NCBI GenBank assembly: GCA_017882305.1 | Contig: JADGPU010000004.1 | Location: 6,013 to 70,012 of the forward strand | Direction: 5' to 3' | Source of the DNA: Bacteroidales bacterium | GTDB taxonomy: Bacteria > Bacteroidota > Bacteroidia > Bacteroidales > VadinHA17 | Length of the DNA stretch: 64,000 bases | Shown: positions 1-9,897 of the stretch, piece by piece | How positions within the stretch are numbered: position 1 is the first letter of the stretch | How the letters are laid out: every line of letters begins with the position of its first letter | Position numbers and translations under genes: made by a program | Notes under the pieces: generated by a model | The model's input: the letters and a program-made list of their open reading frames with translations, nothing else | Told to the model about the DNA's origin: nothing | Databases searched by the model: none

Positions 1-2003
1 TTATAGGCATGGTTTCCGTCGCCCAATCTTGCCCAGAGATTGATACGCCACCCTTTTGACCAACCCGTGGTCCGATCGCCCTTTATTTCGAGGGTCTTAC
101 GGCAGGCATTTGCCAGTTCAGGCGTCCGTATCGGGTCTATCGAATGGCCCGGAAAGAGGCCAAAAAGGTGAGATTGATGACGATGTTGAGGGTCTTCATC
201 TTCCCAATCATAATACCATTCCTGCAAATTTCCCTTTTTTCCAATCTGGTAAGGATGCAATCGGGCCAGGGCATTCTCAAGTTTAGTTCTGAAATCTGCA
301 TCAATATCTAAAATCCGGCATGCTTCGATTGTCTGGGTAAAACATTCGCGTATCATTGCCAAATCAGCTGTACCGCCGTATAATGTTGCCCCGTGGTATC
401 CGGCATTTGAAATATATTTATTCTCTGGTGAAGTTGACGGCGAAGTGATTAATTTCCCCTCTCTGTCTTCTACAAGCCAATCGAGGCAGAACTGCGCTGC
501 TCCCTTCATCAGGGGATAGCCATTGTTTTTAAGAAAATCAATGTCTTTTGTGAAAATATAATGTTCCCATAAATTGGTACTCAGCCAGGTTCCTCCCATA
601 TTCCAGTTGGCCCAAACAGGATCGCCTGATCCAAAATTACCCACAGGGTTGCTCATGGCCCAGATATCGGAATTGTGACAGGTTACCCAACCTTTGCAGC
701 CATAGAAGGTTTGTGCTGTTATAACCCCAGTTGCTGATGCATTTTTGATGAAGGTCAGCAATGGCCAAATCATCTCTGAAAGGTTGGCATTTTCAGCCAG
801 CCAATAGTTCTCCTCAACATTGATGTTTGTGGTGTAGTTACTGCTCCATGGTGGACGAAGATATGGGTTCCAGATTCCCTGTAAATTAGCTGGAACTCCC
901 GGGGTGCGTGAACTGCTGATCAGCAAATAGCGACCATATTGAAAATAAAGTATTTCAAGATTCTTATCCTCTTTACCTTCAGAATAACGTTTAAGCCTTT
1001 CGTTTGTGGGTAAATCAGGAGCATCGGTTTTTCCAAGGTTCAGACTTACCCGGTTGAAATATTTCTGGTAATCGGCCAGATGGGATGATTTCAATTCCTG
1101 AAACGACTTCGGGAAGGCTTTATCCAATTGACTTTTAGCCAGGTTTTCATCATTGACCCCATCAATAGCCGGGTCTTTATCAAATCCATTGAAACTAGTG
1201 GCAATGGATACATATATCAATGCTTCGGAAGCGCTTTCCACTCCAAGAGTATTATCGGAGGTAACAATTATACCATCACTGTTTTTAATTTTTATGAAGG
1301 TAGTAAAGCGTGTTCCCTTCTTTTCATCGAAAACAACGGAATCGGGAATATTTCCTAAATAGTTAGGAGCTGCATGTACAGGTGCATATCCTTTTGCTTT
1401 TAAAACAGAATTTCCGATGGATAAATTGTATTTCAATAAGCTTTCGAACCGGATATTAAAATTCAAAGCTGCTTTTTTCGAGCTTGTTAATTTGATAATC
1501 ATTACCTGATCGGGGTAAGAAACAAAATATTCGCGCGTATAAGTTACCCCGTTAATTTTGTACTTTACTTTGGAAACGGCATTGCCGATGTTCAACTCGC
1601 GCTTGTAATCCTGAGGATTGGCAGTTTGCTTAAAATCGATAAACAAAGTACCAAGAGGGGAATATGATTCGGAATACTTCCCCTGAAGTTTGGACTGCAA
1701 TTGGTCGGCTAATTTATAATTTTCGTTTTTTAACGCTTCCCTTAAGGCAGGCAGGTTTTTGTATGCCTCCGGATTCATATTTGCATCTACCGGACCACCC
1801 GACCATAATGTGGCATCGTTCAAGTATATTTTGTCAGAACTGACACCTCCAAATACTGATGCACCCATTTTACCATTGCCCAGTACGAGACTCTCTTCAA
1901 AATGCTTAGCCGGTTGATTATACCATAAAGTATTACCCGACTGGGCAAATGCTCCGATTCCTGAAAATATTAACGAAATGACTACCAGAATATATTTCTT
2001 CAT
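1..2003 (-). CDS. GH95-family alpha-L-fucosidase (C-terminus runs off the window start)
   Basis: My own minus-strand translation from the ATG at 2003 gives MKKYILVVISLIFSGIGAFAQSGNTLWYNQPAKHFEESLVLGNGKMGASVFGG...TLWSGGP. Later blocks are LQGIWNPYLRPPWSSNYTTNINVEENYW, WANWNMGGTWLSTNLWEHY, SPSTSPEN, HRHQSHLFGLFPG and TTGWSKGWRINLWARLGDGNHAY, which are the conserved GH95 blocks. The frame stays open to position 1. It is absent from the ORF track because it has no stop in the window. Confidence 0.85.
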   Translation of the reverse strand, partial: MKKYILVVISLIFSGIGAFAQSGNTLWYNQPAKHFEESLVLGNGKMGASVFGGVSSDKIYLNDATLWSGGPVDANMNPEAYKNLPALREALKNENYKLADQLQSKLQGKYSESYSPLGTLFIDFKQTANPQDYKRELNIGNAVSKVKYKINGVTYTREYFVSYPDQVMIIKLTSSKKAALNFNIRFESLLKYNLSIGNSVLKAKGYAPVHAAPNYLGNIPDSVVFDEKKGTRFTTFIKIKNSDGIIVTSDNTLGVESASEALIYVSIATSFNGFDKDPAIDGVNDENLAKSQLDKAFPKSFQELKSSHLADYQKYFNRVSLNLGKTDAPDLPTNERLKRYSEGKEDKNLEILYFQYGRYLLISSSRTPGVPANLQGIWNPYLRPPWSSNYTTNINVEENYWLAENANLSEMIWPLLTFIKNASATGVITAQTFYGCKGWVTCHNSDIWAMSNPVGNFGSGDPVWANWNMGGTWLSTNLWEHYIFTKDIDFLKNNGYPLMKGAAQFCLDWLVEDREGKLITSPSTSPENKYISNAGYHGATLYGGTADLAMIRECFTQTIEACRILDIDADFRTKLENALARLHPYQIGKKGNLQEWYYDWEDEDPQHRHQSHLFGLFPGHSIDPIRTPELANACRKTLEIKGDRTTGWSKGWRINLWARLGDGNHAY

Positions 2004-2089
2004 ATTATGTCAATTTTTAAATAAAAATGGCCGGTAATAAATGCACATTCAAAGAATCAAACCATATCACATTGTGGTCGTACTAAATT

Positions 2090-3895
2090 CTATTTTGAAT
2101 CAACCATTACAAAAACAGCACTCCAGGCAGGAACAGCAAGTCTGATTCCTTTGGAAGTCAGTGCTGACCTGGCCTTTAAGTTTTCATAATCAGAAGGACC
2201 TCCGGCAACAGCAGTTGGCCCGGATCCATTGACAAACACTTTTCTTGAAAACTCGCCATTGTCGTTGCTGCCTTCCATTGAGTACCAATAAAAACGACTG
2301 CCCATTCTGAAATTTTTGAACTTTACCTGAACATTCTGGGCAGTTGCGGATGTATTTAAAATAGCCACACTTCCCTGCCCTGAAGTGTAAGTAGAACCAT
2401 ATGCTTTCACATTATTGTTTCCGCTCACTGTTGCATCAACTAAACGGTCACCAATACACTTCTGGAAAAAGTACATATAGTAGAATGAAGGACGGGGGCT
2501 CCAACGGACAACTCCTGGTTCATCGCCTGCACTGAAAAGACCATGATCATTGCCATTGGACCATCCATTGTATAAATCCCATCGCGCAGTAAGTCCAAAT
2601 TTATTTTTCAGGGCTTCGGCCTGGACGATTACTGCAAATGTCCCGCTGGTGTTAGAAACCTGCTGCTTCGAATCCCTGGCCCACATATTCCATTCCGATA
2701 AAATAATTGGTTTAACTGTGCCGTTATTCCGTTCAATTTCACTAATCATAAAAGAGATCATTTGACCAGGAACTGTTAATGCCGAATTCAATACAGTACT
2801 TGCTGTTGAATTTTCGTCATAGGGTGTGATATAATTATGACCTATATAAATATCCGGTACATTATCCGCTTCCGGAATCATGGTTGTATTCCAGGTTTGG
2901 GTAGTTATCGTCTGCCACGATTGAGTAGGCGATTCCTGCATAACTGCACCCACATAAATGGTTTTTCCGATTTGATAAGCAGCTCTTTTCATTGAATCAG
3001 CAAACACTTTAAAATGCTTAGCATAGAGGTCTCCTGTTAAGTACTCTGTTTGTCCGTCTTTATTGGCATCCACATCAATACGGTAGCCCCACTCCCAATC
3101 GCCATAATTTTCGTTGCCAATTTCCCAATATTTCGTCCGCCCATTGTCGTAACGTACCCAATCAGCAGCCAGATGTGCAGCTGACGCGACCGGATCATTA
3201 CCGGTTCCATATCTTGCATAACCATAATTAATCGTTATGAGACCCTCGCTGTTACTCTGTTGAAGCACAGAATAATAATCATCAACTGTAGCTTTCCAGC
3301 TATCATCCGATTTGCCATAAGAATATAAATTACCCGTCTGGTAAGTGCCATCAGCTTTTCGAAGTCGTGTCGGTGCATCAGAGGGGGGCTGGTTTTTATA
3401 ACAATTCCAAAAATACACATCACTTCCGCTCCCGGCCGGAAAACGGATCACATTGGGCTTCAGATTCGTCAAATGATTGATAAACACCGGTTCATTGTAC
3501 ATCTGCGACATCCAGTTATTAGCATTGTGCCCAAAGATGGTTAACGGTATTTTTGTGATAACATTTGCTGCATCCACAGTCACTACTGTCCCTGAATTAG
3601 AGGCTACGGTTCCTTCGGTGTATTGAGGCGCTGTATAAGTCTTGGGCTGCCATTTGTCCAAAAAGAATCCCATAGTTTCGGAAACAGGAGGATCAACAGG
3701 ATCTATAATCGTCGAGTCACTTGTAGCAGGGTCCTCAATATTCGAAGGCAGATCATGTTTTTTCGAACAGGAAAAAAACACCAGAATCATAAAACTTAAA
3801 ATTGCCAGGATAGTGAGCTGCTTCTTAAATCGGAATATTTTCATAATTAATGATTTCTGACTGAGTATTGATTTTAAATACTTATTAAAATTCAT
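2090..3895 (-). CDS. Clan GH-A glycoside hydrolase lipoprotein, GH51-like motifs (family uncertain)
   Basis: 601-aa ORF. Lipoprotein signal MKIFRFKKQLTILAILSFMILVFFSC; the true start is probably internal M18 at 3844. Motifs VIRFPAGSGSD, WEIGNENYGDWEWGY (acid/base NE) and ILSEWNMW (nucleophile, resembles GH51 DEWNVW). Confidence 0.6.
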   Translation of the reverse strand: MNFNKYLKSILSQKSLIMKIFRFKKQLTILAILSFMILVFFSCSKKHDLPSNIEDPATSDSTIIDPVDPPVSETMGFFLDKWQPKTYTAPQYTEGTVASNSGTVVTVDAANVITKIPLTIFGHNANNWMSQMYNEPVFINHLTNLKPNVIRFPAGSGSDVYFWNCYKNQPPSDAPTRLRKADGTYQTGNLYSYGKSDDSWKATVDDYYSVLQQSNSEGLITINYGYARYGTGNDPVASAAHLAADWVRYDNGRTKYWEIGNENYGDWEWGYRIDVDANKDGQTEYLTGDLYAKHFKVFADSMKRAAYQIGKTIYVGAVMQESPTQSWQTITTQTWNTTMIPEADNVPDIYIGHNYITPYDENSTASTVLNSALTVPGQMISFMISEIERNNGTVKPIILSEWNMWARDSKQQVSNTSGTFAVIVQAEALKNKFGLTARWDLYNGWSNGNDHGLFSAGDEPGVVRWSPRPSFYYMYFFQKCIGDRLVDATVSGNNNVKAYGSTYTSGQGSVAILNTSATAQNVQVKFKNFRMGSRFYWYSMEGSNDNGEFSRKVFVNGSGPTAVAGGPSDYENLKARSALTSKGIRLAVPAWSAVFVMVDSK

Positions 3896-3934
3896 TTATC
3901 CTGTATTTCGATTTTCAACATTTTAGACATTGTA

Positions 3935-5917
3935 CTATTTCAAGACCTTAATTCTGACAATCGTAAATGAATAGGGATCGAGTATCGGACTTACTATTTT
4001 TCCATTTATTATTAATTCCTGTTCGACCGGGCTTATGAATGCAGGTTGTTCCAATGAGTTTGCATTATTAGTGTTTTCACTTTTCAGTACAATTATTTTA
4101 GCTTTTGGCATCAGTTTTTTAGATCCTTCGAGAATTATATTAGGTGTTTGGTCTTTTTCGGTTGAATTTATCAGTTTCAGTATAATTTCATTCACATTCT
4201 TATCAAAAACCGCCGAGGCAAACAATCCATTCTGTCCGGTGAGTGGTCTGTTTTTCATAAGCATAGGTAATACCTCTGTCCCCTTGTTATTTGAGAACAT
4301 TTTCTGCACATAATAATTGGCTGTTCCGAACGACTTCAGGTTATCAAACCAGATCAGGTTGGGCGTCCATTGCCATGCATCCACATGCGCAAATAACGGA
4401 GCGTAAGAACACATATACACCACATCTGCATTTCGTTCCAAACCGGTCATAAAAGCAGCTTCGGACAGGGCACATTTCCAATTGTTCTGATTGTCGGGGC
4501 TGCAGGTAAATTTACTTTGTGCAGCATATTCGCCTGCAAATATTTTGAAGCTATTGCGATCGTAGTTGTCATAACGAGTGGCATTCTGAAGGAACCATTC
4601 CGGGTTGGCATAATAATGTTCATCCACAATCTGGGCATTTAGTTTTTTCAATTCTTTGGTGGCATAATCAAAATCCTTTCCTGACGGAGATGGACCTGTC
4701 CCGGTCACAATCTTAATATCCGGATACTTTTCTTTAATAGCTTTTACAAATACAGCGTAATGCTCGATATACTGGGATCCCCATTGTTCATTGCCTATAC
4801 CAATAAATTTCAGGTTAAAGGGAGAAGGATGCCCCATTCGGGCTCGCATCTTTCCCCATCTGGAATCAGAGGAACCATTAGCGAACTCAATTAAATCGAG
4901 TGCATCCTCGATGTAAGGATCAAGTTGATCTAATGGGACTACTTCAGCTGTATTGAACTGGCAAGCCATGCCACAGTTCAATATTGGCAACGGTTCTGCA
5001 CCAATGTCTTCAGCTAGTTGAAAATATTCAAAGAAGCCCATCCCGAATGATTGAAAATAGTCGGGTGTAAGACGGTGAGCGAATTCTGTATTCCATCTGT
5101 TTACAATCAAATGACGATCTTCAATATTTCCTATCGTTTTTTTCCATTGATAACGGTTTTCCAGGTCGCGGCCTTCAACAATGCAACCACCGGGGAAACG
5201 CAGGAATCCGGGTTTTAAATCCGCAAGGAGTTGCACCAAATCGGCACGCAGTCCTCCGGGCCGTTTTTTCCAGGTGTCATCCGGGAAAAGTGAAATCATG
5301 TCAATGTCAATAGACCCTTTCCCTTCAAACCAGATGTTCAGCCTTGCCTTAGGTTCGGTAGCACTAGCAGCAAAACTAACGGTGCATTTTCCCCACGCTT
5401 TTGATTCCGGGGTCAGGTTGGTTGTTCCTATTAATTTTCCCAGGGGATTCACCAATTCGATCCGCATTTTCATGGTACTGCCCTCCAACTGCCTGGCCAA
5501 AATCGAGAAATGGTAGGTCATTCCTTTTTTAATTCCCATTCCTCTGAAACCGGCATTTGACAAACCAAAAGATGGTTCTCCTTCTACAAGGGTAACTCTT
5601 GCATAACGAGGATTGCCAGGGTTTGTTTCACTTTGGTTGATAATCAAAATACCTGATGTAGTATCGGGCTTTAGTATTTTCCAGCCCATCAATGGTTTGG
5701 CAAATTCGAACGAACGGTTTTTGACCAGTTCAGCATAAATACCACCATCAGCAGCAAAGTTGATATCTTCAAAGAAAATACCCCACATGGTGGATTGGAT
5801 AATTGCTTTGGGCTTTTCAACCCCGACAATGATGGGAAGGGTCTTTTGTGCAATTAAAGGCATCGGAACCAAAAACCCTGCAAAAGAAAGAAAGAATATT
5901 ACTATTTTACTTTTCAT
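3935..5917 (-). CDS. GH51 alpha-L-arabinofuranosidase
   Basis: 660 aa with a signal peptide. Motifs FLRFPGGCIVEG, IGIGNEQWG and FAGEYA are typical of Bacteroidetes/plant-type GH51 with an N-terminal CBM4/9-like domain. Confidence 0.75.
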   Translation of the reverse strand: MKSKIVIFFLSFAGFLVPMPLIAQKTLPIIVGVEKPKAIIQSTMWGIFFEDINFAADGGIYAELVKNRSFEFAKPLMGWKILKPDTTSGILIINQSETNPGNPRYARVTLVEGEPSFGLSNAGFRGMGIKKGMTYHFSILARQLEGSTMKMRIELVNPLGKLIGTTNLTPESKAWGKCTVSFAASATEPKARLNIWFEGKGSIDIDMISLFPDDTWKKRPGGLRADLVQLLADLKPGFLRFPGGCIVEGRDLENRYQWKKTIGNIEDRHLIVNRWNTEFAHRLTPDYFQSFGMGFFEYFQLAEDIGAEPLPILNCGMACQFNTAEVVPLDQLDPYIEDALDLIEFANGSSDSRWGKMRARMGHPSPFNLKFIGIGNEQWGSQYIEHYAVFVKAIKEKYPDIKIVTGTGPSPSGKDFDYATKELKKLNAQIVDEHYYANPEWFLQNATRYDNYDRNSFKIFAGEYAAQSKFTCSPDNQNNWKCALSEAAFMTGLERNADVVYMCSYAPLFAHVDAWQWTPNLIWFDNLKSFGTANYYVQKMFSNNKGTEVLPMLMKNRPLTGQNGLFASAVFDKNVNEIILKLINSTEKDQTPNIILEGSKKLMPKAKIIVLKSENTNNANSLEQPAFISPVEQELIINGKIVSPILDPYSFTIVRIKVLK

Positions 5918-5963
5918 ACCGGAAGTTTTATCGGATCAGCAAGTGATTGACAGTGATCAATTT

Positions 5964-7436
5964 TTAATGAATCCTGTAAAGTCCGGCTCCATGATGGCTT
6001 ATCGTCCGGGTGAATTCATTTTTGAAAGTTCCCAGGTTTTCACCACTCCAAAGATCAGTGATTTCATGAATTCCTGTGAGATCAAGAAGATCAAATTTTA
6101 CTGTGATCTGTGCAGAATCCTGAGACAGAGTTTTGCTTTCTGCATCCTGCCCCTTATCCTTACTATTAAAAAGGGCAAGGTATTTATCGCCTGTAATTGG
6201 ATCTTCTGCTGTCCAGGCAATAATATCATCTTCCCTGAAGAGTTGCTTGTTATTGATACTATGCTGATTTACAGCAATTACATCTTTATTGGTGATAAAT
6301 GATAATGTAAATCCGTCATTCCCGGGAAGATCTCCGCCAAACATCAGAGGTGACCGGAATATAGAGAAGAGAGTCATTAAAGTATATTGTTCATCTTTTG
6401 TGAAGTTTGTCATCCTGTCTAATCCTCTTTCAGCACGGATACCTATATGACCAAGGGGAAGCATATCACCATCGGGCCAGTTACCGGGTGCAACATATTG
6501 AGCCCAGCGTTCCAGTACCGAGAATTCCTCTTTAAGCTGTAACCAGTTATCCCAGAAATCACCGACAGTCCGCCACATATTGGCGTTCTTTTTAATATGT
6601 TCTATCTGTTCAACAGGGGTTGGTCCAGGCGAAGTACTCAAAACAATTTTTCTGCCGGTACGGTCAATTGCTTTCCGAATCATTTCTATCTCTTCAGTAT
6701 GATAAGGAGAAGAGAGGTCATCGATTTTAAGAAAATCAACACCCCAGGAGGCGTAAAGATCCATTATCGAGTTATAGTATTCCTGAGCACCAGATTTGGT
6801 TTTATCAACTGAATACATATCTTTCAGCCACTGGCATTGTCCTGCTGTGGAGCAGATATCCTTTGTTGTAACATTAGTTTTGAATACTGGTAGATTATTC
6901 TTTACGGCGAGTACAGGTACACCCCTCATCACATGAATACCGAATTTGAGACCTTTATCATGAATATAATCAGCCAGAGGTTTAAAACCCTTCCCATTTG
7001 CTGACGAAGGGAAACGATTCACTGCCGGTAACAAGCGACCATACTTATCAATGTTAAAGACAGGATCTTTTTCATTATAACCTCCTGATTTATCATTTGC
7101 CACATACCACCTTATATCAACTACAATATATTCCCATCCGAACTTTTTCAAATGTGCAGCCATATAGTCGGCATTAGCTTTAACTTCATTTTCAACTACC
7201 GTGGGGCCATAACAATCCCAGCTGTTCCAACCCATAGGCGGTGTAGGAGCCCATTTGTGAAAGGCAGGTATTGTAACCACTGATGTGTCCGAAATTTTAG
7301 TCTGACACAGTAAAAAAGGTTTGAGAGCAAGTGAAATTAGAATTATAAAAAATGTTCTTAAAGAGTTATTGAATAAAACCCTGATAAGACTCTTTTTCAG
7401 AATTTGTAATTTCTTTTTCATGGGATTATGACTCAA
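5964..7436 (-). CDS. GH27-family glycosidase (alpha-galactosidase / beta-L-arabinopyranosidase type)
   Basis: 490 aa with a signal peptide. Motifs PPMGWNSWDCYG and DFLKIDD are characteristic of the melibiase/GH27 fold. Confidence 0.75.
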   Translation of the reverse strand: MSHNPMKKKLQILKKSLIRVLFNNSLRTFFIILISLALKPFLLCQTKISDTSVVTIPAFHKWAPTPPMGWNSWDCYGPTVVENEVKANADYMAAHLKKFGWEYIVVDIRWYVANDKSGGYNEKDPVFNIDKYGRLLPAVNRFPSSANGKGFKPLADYIHDKGLKFGIHVMRGVPVLAVKNNLPVFKTNVTTKDICSTAGQCQWLKDMYSVDKTKSGAQEYYNSIMDLYASWGVDFLKIDDLSSPYHTEEIEMIRKAIDRTGRKIVLSTSPGPTPVEQIEHIKKNANMWRTVGDFWDNWLQLKEEFSVLERWAQYVAPGNWPDGDMLPLGHIGIRAERGLDRMTNFTKDEQYTLMTLFSIFRSPLMFGGDLPGNDGFTLSFITNKDVIAVNQHSINNKQLFREDDIIAWTAEDPITGDKYLALFNSKDKGQDAESKTLSQDSAQITVKFDLLDLTGIHEITDLWSGENLGTFKNEFTRTISHHGAGLYRIH

Positions 7437-7546
7437 TTCCTTTTAAATCAGAAACATTTATTATAATTACTTACACGTGTACTTTCACGTGTAAATATAT
7501 GAAATGAATTTTGTTTCTGACCCTCATTTTGTGGAAAAAATATCGG

Positions 7547-8626
7547 TTATTTTACATTCAGTTTGTACCATTTAATCGCATTTTCGCTGTAAATCTTTCT
7601 GATAACTTTTTTCGGAAGCTGCAGCCCTTCGAATGTTCCCTTGAATTTATCAGAAGTCATCTTATCTCGTGAAGTGAAGTATTTCCAGTCGTCGAGCCAT
7701 GTTTCATGAATCCATTTCGTGACCCTTTCGCGATCATTAGTTCCATTATCTGAAAGGTCCGTTGCGTAAAGGAGCCTGTCCTGATACTTAATACAAAAAT
7801 CACGGACTCTTTCACGATCTTTTGCCGACTGATACTGCAGATGACAAATACGGGCAGCCATGTCAACAGCCATATTCGGAAATTTATCAAGCCTTTTTGC
7901 CAGCTCATCAACATTCCATTCGAGGCTGCCAAGGTGACAACCTATAAATTTAAGATCAGGATGCAATTCGAGAAGATGGTCACGGGCATTTATCTGATCT
8001 TCATATGAAGGATATTCGGGATGGAGGAACATATGATATCGTGAATTCTCTGCAAAATAGCTGCTGTCGCTGCTCACTGTCATTTCACTTAATGGCAGCC
8101 AGCAGTTTCGTGGTTCACCAAGATGACCTGTAATTGGCAGATTCTTACTAATAATAAAATCAATGACTGGCTTTAAGGCAGGATCGTCAATCATAATGAA
8201 CTTACCGTTTTTGTCTCTTTCAGTCATTCCGATATTTTTCCAGAGCTTTACTGAAACTGCACCTCCTGAGATATTACTACCCAGATGACCAATAGCGTTT
8301 CTACTCCATGGCTCTGTTCCCCAGCCCAACGTATCAAAATAAAATGTGGCACTGTAGAAAACTTTCCCGGGATACTTGCTTATGGACAAAAGTGACCAAT
8401 TAAGTTGTTGCTTAACTGATGTTGAGTCAGAATGGTCAACATTCAGAGTAATAAGCCTGAAATTATCTTTCATTGCCTGATCTTCAAAGAATCCCATGTC
8501 GCTGTTAATGTGAACATGAGAATCGATTTTCAGAACTAATTGATAATCTTCAGATGTATAATAATTGGTATGGCATCCAGTGAATACCAATAATGCAATA
8601 ATGAAAAAAATAGTGCGGTTCTTCAT
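7547..8626 (-). CDS. Secreted amidohydrolase-family (amidohydrolase-2 TIM barrel) lipoprotein
   Basis: 359 aa. Lipobox LLVFTGCH and HxH metal motif IDSHVHIN. Confidence 0.6.
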   Translation of the reverse strand: MKNRTIFFIIALLVFTGCHTNYYTSEDYQLVLKIDSHVHINSDMGFFEDQAMKDNFRLITLNVDHSDSTSVKQQLNWSLLSISKYPGKVFYSATFYFDTLGWGTEPWSRNAIGHLGSNISGGAVSVKLWKNIGMTERDKNGKFIMIDDPALKPVIDFIISKNLPITGHLGEPRNCWLPLSEMTVSSDSSYFAENSRYHMFLHPEYPSYEDQINARDHLLELHPDLKFIGCHLGSLEWNVDELAKRLDKFPNMAVDMAARICHLQYQSAKDRERVRDFCIKYQDRLLYATDLSDNGTNDRERVTKWIHETWLDDWKYFTSRDKMTSDKFKGTFEGLQLPKKVIRKIYSENAIKWYKLNVK

Positions 8627-8661
8627 TTTTTTTAAATGTTATACAGAGATTAAATTTATGC

Positions 8662-8699
8662 AAAAAAAAGGAGAGCACAAATAATATTCTGTGCTCTTC
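8662..8699 (-). terminator. Rho-independent terminator of the 8736..9623 gene
   Basis: 10-bp stem 8670-8679/8690-8699 (GGAGAGCACA / TGTGCTCTTC, one G-U). On the minus strand it is followed by U8 (plus-strand A8 at 8662-8669). Confidence 0.75.
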
Positions 8700-8735
8700 C
8701 CACTTCAATTTAAAACGAATTTAAGTTCTCTTTAT

Positions 8736-9623
8736 CTATTTAGGCATTACAACATAAGGCGTATTGTTAAGAAAATCAAGGCTTTTCTGGCAACTTGTAA
8801 ACTGGTCGAAACTATACTCTTCAACTTCAACTACACCATATTGCATTCCCGATTTAGCAGCTGCGGCCCAGATGGCAGCAAAATCCATCATTGTATCTGT
8901 ACCGCCAATTTCTTTTTTATCTTTTATATGCCAGAGTTCGAAACGACCGGGATACTTATTGAAATAATCCACAGGTTTAGCACCGCCCATAACTGCCCAG
9001 TAAAGATCCATTTCGAACATCACTTTAGAAGGATCAGTATTTTCAAGCATGTAGTCGTAAATTGTATGACCATCCAGCTTTGTAGAAAATTCCTTATCAT
9101 GGTTATGGTAACCGAAACGAATACCCTTGGCTTTGCATTTTTCACCAATCATATTAAAATAGTCACAATAACGTTTCAGTGTATCGAGAGAACGATATGC
9201 TCCATCATCCATAAATGGCTGAACAAGATATTTTGCGCCTGCAGCAACGTGAGCATCAATACAAACATCCCACCATGCCATGGTCTTTCCATAGTTGGCA
9301 GGATCAGGAAGTGACTGACCTACGTGAGAACTCAATATTGTTAAACCATTTGATTTACAAAGAATCTTAAAAGCAGATGGTTCCATATCATAAAGTTTTC
9401 CGTCGGCATAACCTGCAGGCTCGACAAATTTATAACCCATTTTGCCTACTTTAGCAATTGCAGCAGGCACGTCCTTCATGATGGAATCACGAATGGAATA
9501 CAGCTGCAAACCTATGTTTTTCTGCGGTTTAGTTGTGTATGAATAAAAGGTGGAAATGACAAGGCCCGTAACAACTATTAACAGGACAATCGAAACAGTA
9601 CTTCTTTTTTTCATTTTGATCAA
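8736..9623 (-). CDS. Secreted sugar phosphate isomerase/epimerase-like (xylose isomerase-like TIM barrel) protein
   Basis: 295 aa. N-terminal signal/anchor (STVSIVLLIVVTGLVI). The IGLQLYSIRD opening and overall pattern match the AP_endonuc_2 / xylose-isomerase-like fold. Confidence 0.65.
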   Translation of the reverse strand: MIKMKKRSTVSIVLLIVVTGLVISTFYSYTTKPQKNIGLQLYSIRDSIMKDVPAAIAKVGKMGYKFVEPAGYADGKLYDMEPSAFKILCKSNGLTILSSHVGQSLPDPANYGKTMAWWDVCIDAHVAAGAKYLVQPFMDDGAYRSLDTLKRYCDYFNMIGEKCKAKGIRFGYHNHDKEFSTKLDGHTIYDYMLENTDPSKVMFEMDLYWAVMGGAKPVDYFNKYPGRFELWHIKDKKEIGGTDTMMDFAAIWAAAAKSGMQYGVVEVEEYSFDQFTSCQKSLDFLNNTPYVVMPK

Positions 9624-9850
9624 GTTTAGATTTAAATGTCTTAGGTTTATTAATTTTGAATTCCCAAGTCCTTAATTTTTAATTAATTAAAATCAAAGAA
9701 CTTATGTGGCAAAAATAGGAATTATTTATTTTTTTTCAAACATATATCTTTTATTCTTTAATATTTGCCAATCATATTGTTATTATTCCTCATCATTTTC
9801 CCCAATAACCTGTATCAAATATAGGATAAAAAGTTCCTCGGCCGTATTTT

Positions 9851-9880
9851 TTTGTGTTGGTAATAAATGCCTTAACTTTG
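9851..9880 (+). promoter_or_regulatory. Bacteroidetes-type promoter (-33 TTTG, -7 TAACTTTG) for the PAP2 gene
   Basis: TTTG at 9851-9854 and TAACTTTG at 9873-9880, 18-nt spacer, ATG 17 nt downstream. This matches the TTTG-N(19-21)-TAnnTTTG consensus known for Bacteroides sigma-AB promoters. Confidence 0.5.
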
Positions 9881-9897
9881 AACCAATTTAATACCCA

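Noticed and set aside
8691-9314. Long antisense or alternative-frame ORFs (8691..9314 207 aa; 5760..6302 180 aa; 12700..13092 130 aa; 52156..52524 122 aa; 55546..55917 123 aa; and others)
   Set aside because: Each lies wholly within or opposite a confidently assigned gene, has low-complexity or hydrophobic junk composition, and shows no recognisable motif. They are treated as shadow ORFs.
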